From the human T2T-CHM13v2.0 reference genome, Homo sapiens, in NCBI RefSeq assembly GCF_009914755.1, contig NC_060927.1: a DNA stretch of 64,000 nt. One strand, given 5' to 3'. Positions 59,790-64,000 of this stretch are shown here, in pieces. Under the pieces are notes generated by a model. The model saw only the letters and a list, made by a program, of their open reading frames with translations, made no database searches and had not been told where the DNA came from. Numbering within the stretch: position 1 is the first letter of the stretch; each line of letters begins with the position of its first letter. The translations under genes and the position numbers were made by a program.

Positions 59790-59936
59790 CTCTTTCCAAC
59801 AACTGATCCTGTGGGTACTTTGCTCCAAGTTCCAGAACAGATCTCTGCTCATCTACCTCAGCCAGCTGGGCAGATTGCTACACAGCCAACTCAAGTCTCT
59901 CTCCCACCCACCGCAGAGCCAGCAAAAACAGCTCAG
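59790..59936 (+). CDS. OXSR1: OXSR1 exon 13 (147 nt): LFPTTDPVGTLLQVPEQISAHLPQPAGQIATQPTQVSLPPTAEPAKTAQ, P/Q/T-rich linker
   Basis: ttgttacag acceptor, CAG|gtaaag donor; inside ORF 59775..59978; phase 0 to 0. Confidence 0.96.
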
Positions 59937-61382
59937 GTAAAGCCGGGGATATGGTTTCATGGTCACTCCTTTGGATAGATGAAAAGAGCAGATATTAACG
60001 TGGAATATAACCTAATGTAATCAGGTTAATGTCTTGGTAGATTTTGAAACAAGTTAGAAATTCTGTCTTCACATTTTTAAGCATGTACAGGTAAGAGAAT
60101 TTTACAAGGATCACATGCAGGTTTTTAAGCAACAGAATAAGTTAATGATGGAAATATTTCAAACATCAAAAATTTTGGGCTAATTTCTTGTCAGCTTTGT
60201 ATTAGATAATTACATTTAACTTCAGAATGCAGCTCATGAAGTTCAACAGAGACTAGGAGAATCGATGGCTGTACTGTTTTTGTTGTTGTTGTTCACTCAG
60301 GCTTATACTTTTTATTAATACTCTTTGTTTTCTGTGGTTTTTCTCTATTACTCTTTTTAAGTTATTTGTCAATTTTGTGAGGGTTGGTTTGTTAAGTCCG
60401 GGTATTATAATCTGTAAATCATTTATCCAGGTGCACACAAACTTTATTAAATCATACTTCATTGAGAGCAGCCAAGTGAATGAAGGCCCCGTAGTGGGCT
60501 GCTACATGCTGTGTAACTCCTTCTCTCCCTTCAATAAACCTCAGACACTGCATACAACATGTGGCCCTATGGTACATGGTTAAAGTAAGACTTTCAACGT
60601 CCATTTATTAAATATTAGAAGTTCCATTTTCTTGTCTAACGTTTTAGATGAAAAGAAATATAAATTAAAGGTCTGATTTTTTTTTTTTTCTTTTGCACCC
60701 CAGTAGATCATCTCGTGTTCTGCCTTTGGAGATCACTGCTTTGAGCATTTCCAATTAGTCATGGCACTTACTTCATTTAACTTTGCATCCCTCAAGCTTT
60801 CCATTTCTGCTTGGCATATGGGAAAAGATACAGTTGTCTTAGGAAAATTGATGGAAAAATTAGATTCATTTTATAAACAACTTAAATCGAATGCATGTCC
60901 TCCCATAAGCAAGCGCTGTACAATTTTCAGAGAGGATTAGTTTAGCCATAAAAAGACTGGAACCTATGTATGGGTTGGATGGATTTCTGAAGGGCAGCTG
61001 GTTCAGGGTCTACCTTTTGTACTGCCATATGGTGCACTGGCAGATTTTTTAAAAATGAGAAACCTAGCTTTGTGTTTTTCAGTCTTGTAGAGGGGAACAG
61101 GGGTCTCAGAAATATAAAATGTAAATGTGGCTATATGTGAAATTTCATCTGGGCTTGAGAGTTTTCTTTCTCATTGTGTTGGACTTAAACTGACATTCAG
61201 CTTTTGTTGCTGCCTTGGAGTGCATGTCCTCCTCCAGCAGGGAATGTCCTGGGGATTAGTATGACCTCAGCTGGAGATGAAGAAAATTGCTGCCAAGTAA
61301 ATGATTCCTCTGCCAGTGACCATTAGTCACCTCCCCACTTAATGTTTCAGGCAATGACTGTATACCTTTCAATGCTTTTTAG

Positions 61383-61447
61383 GCTTTGTCTTCAGGATCA
61401 GGTTCACAAGAAACCAAGATCCCAATCAGTCTAGTACTAAGATTAAG
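61383..61447 (+). CDS. OXSR1: OXSR1 exon 14 (65 nt): ALSSGSGSQETKIPISLVLRL(R), start of CCT/PF2 domain
   Basis: gctttttag acceptor, AG|gtaagt donor; phase 0 to 2. Confidence 0.96.
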
Positions 61448-63680
61448 GTAAGTAGACATTTTTTGTTTTGTTTTCTTTTGTTTTCTGAATATTCTGCATG
61501 TGCTGTAATAGTCTGTGCCTGAGAGTAACTGGATAGGATTGTATGTCCTCCAGCATCAAGCTCTGTTTGCTTGGTGGTGTATTATTTTTCCCCAGAAATA
61601 ATAGCAACAGTGTGAGGACCTGCATGTTAGCAGGTGTTGTGACTAACTGATGCACATGTTCTCTCAGTTGTTTCTGTGCTAATTGGTGATGAGTTTGTGT
61701 ATTTACAGTGTAGCTAGTTTGGGTTAGGAGGTGTAGCCTGTAATTGAGGAACAGTTTTTAGGGGAGCAGCACTAACTGGCTTATCTGAAGATCAGTCTTA
61801 TAATTGTGACGAGGTAAACTCTGAGATCAACTAACCCAAGAGGGGAGCACTTTTTGATTGTGGTAGATCAAATAAAGGCCTTGTTTTTAGAAGGTTAAAA
61901 GGAAACTTCTAAATGTTTTTGTAGTCTGTTTCTGTTTTGCAGCAAGTACCCTAAATTGGTGGTTCTTGGTGGGAACATATAGAGAGGTCCTGACAGATTG
62001 CTCAGCAGGAAGTGCCATAGGTAGCAGTCTGTTCATTTTAACTCCCTGCCCCGCCCCCCCCGCCCCTAGCACTAGTAGCTGGATTCAAATTCCAGAGCTT
62101 TCTTGTCAGAATCACTATGGCTGTTGTATTGCTCTAGTTAGGTCTCTTTCTACTCATAAATGCATTTGAAAAAAAATTAGTATTAAAGTATCACTTGAGG
62201 CAACTCAGGCCTTTTAAAACTATTACTAACATTTTAAAAAAGAGTTCCACTGAATTACCATTAACTCATTCCCCTTGCACATATAAATTCCTAGTCATCT
62301 TTCTGTAAGGTCCTAATTGGAGATAGAGGCAGCAAGAGCTATTTAAGAGAATGTGGTAAGGAGAATCTCATTGCTCCTTGCCACTAGGAGCAATGCATTT
62401 ATGCCATAAATGTGAAAAACATATTTGGTTACCTTTCCTTTACAGAAGCCTACTTAGTATACCTGGTCTCATCTCAAAAATTCTGAGTTACTAGGATGTC
62501 TTGACAACTTCATGCTGTTTTAAATCTACATAAAGAATAACACTTTAAGAAAATTATTGTGAAATGTATTAAGCACAGACTATGTATAGCACTCTTCGGT
62601 ACTGTGGAAAGGTGGATACTGAGAAAAGAGAAAATTAAATGACTCCCTTAATAATCAAGTCTAGGTTGGAAGTTGATTTGAACTATGTACTTACACAGCT
62701 AAAAGCAAATTTCAGGTAGTATATACATGCAGAAGTATAAGTTTGTATGTACCTGTGTAGAAAGAACGCAATGCAAGGGAAAATCATTTGGGGCATGTTA
62801 TATTTGAGATGGGTAGTTCTATTTTAAGCACAATTTCAGTAACATCCTCAAGTATATTATTCATCAAATAGAAGTAAACCCTCTCCATTATTTATATAAA
62901 ATAGATTTGAGTCCTAAGTGAGCAGGCATATCTGCCCTTAGATATAGTGTTCTCATTTCTCTGTCTTTAAACAAAACCTCCAGGGATCCTGCTTAATCTC
63001 AGTGCATGGTGTGATCATCACTGTAGCTGTACCTCACCAGTCAGGTTTGAATTTCTGGAGTCATATAGTAACTCTGCTACCAGTATGGACCCAATTCCTT
63101 TCCCTATCCTCTCTGCCTACCTAAATCCTGCATATCTGTTAAGTCCTATATAAAAACTACCTCTAAAATTTTTCCTTATTATCCCCATCTCTCATATATT
63201 CTTTGAATTCCTATGGAATTTGAGGGAGTATCATGTATTTCATTTTATGAGTCTGCCAAGACTGATCACCAGAGGTAGGCAATGAATTGTGGGCATGTAG
63301 GAGTGGGGATAAGGATGAAAAAGGCATCCTGTATCATTTTAATCACACCTCCCTGTGCTCATACAATTTTCCTCTTAGTTTTATATGTTCTTGGTGTGGG
63401 AATAAGGATGGGAGTGGGCATATAAGAATCTACTCAAAGGCATGAAATTTTTATATTGATCAGTAAGGGACATAGATTCAAAGGGTTGTAGGACAATTAG
63501 ATGGTCATTCCGAATTGGTTTTGCTCTGAGCTCTGCAGTGTGAACATATCTGAATACATCATATGATCTATGGGAACAAAACAGACTTTCTTGAGGCACA
63601 GCTTTCTTAATATATGTTGGCAGAATCTCTTTGCATAAATTTAGAAATTCTTATTTTATGCATTCTGCTTTCTTTCATAG

Positions 63681-63733
63681 GAATTCCAAAAAAGAACTAA
63701 ATGATATTCGATTTGAATTTACTCCTGGGAGAG
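63681..63733 (+). CDS. OXSR1: OXSR1 exon 15 (53 nt): (R)NSKKELNDIRFEFTPGR(D), CCT domain that binds RFxV motifs
   Basis: tctttcatag acceptor, G|gtgagg donor; phase 2 to 1. Confidence 0.96.
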
Positions 63734-64000
63734 GTGAGGCATCAAATGGATTGAAAACAAAATAGCTTCCAATTTGTGATTCAATGAAATGTGTTGTGAA
63801 GTTTCTGTCCTTTGTGAAGTTTTGCTTTTAAAGGATAATAAAAATTTTCCTGGTTTTGGCGAGTATATGAGTGAGATAAAAATGCAGTTCGTTGACTACT
63901 AAACACATTTAGAAAACCTTGTATAATAATACAAACAGTAATAAATATATGATAGCTCTTTACAGCTTACTATAGGCCAGGCATTGTCTTAAGCGTTATC

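Overview
Primate, most likely human, genomic DNA lying entirely inside OXSR1 (OSR1, the STE20/GCK-VI kinase of the WNK-SPAK/OSR1-NKCC pathway) on the + strand. Thirteen coding exons (by my recall of the gene, exons 3-15, codons K62-D459) can be assembled by hand. Every internal intron is GT..AG and the phases join into one open frame covering the kinase domain, the S-motif/WEW region, the linker and the start of the CCT/PF2 domain. The start and stop codons lie outside the window. The introns are dense in repeats: about 20 Alus, many old L1/HAL1 fragments, L2, MIR, MER5/20/58, Tigger, MLT1, an intact sense LTR13A-like solo LTR and an ERVL pol relic. I found no convincing new multi-gene system; nearly all supplied ORFs are repeat-derived noise. 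The best second-look items are a ~44-bp templated insertion into an Alu, apparently copied from 2.7 kb downstream; the solo LTR in intron 4; a candidate 100-nt poison exon; an AG|GT recursive-splice-like motif; a TSD-less AluY suggesting a deletion; inverted Alu pairs; and a run of phase-0 regulatory exons. Repeat family names and residue numbering are from memory and should be confirmed by RepeatMasker/BLAST.
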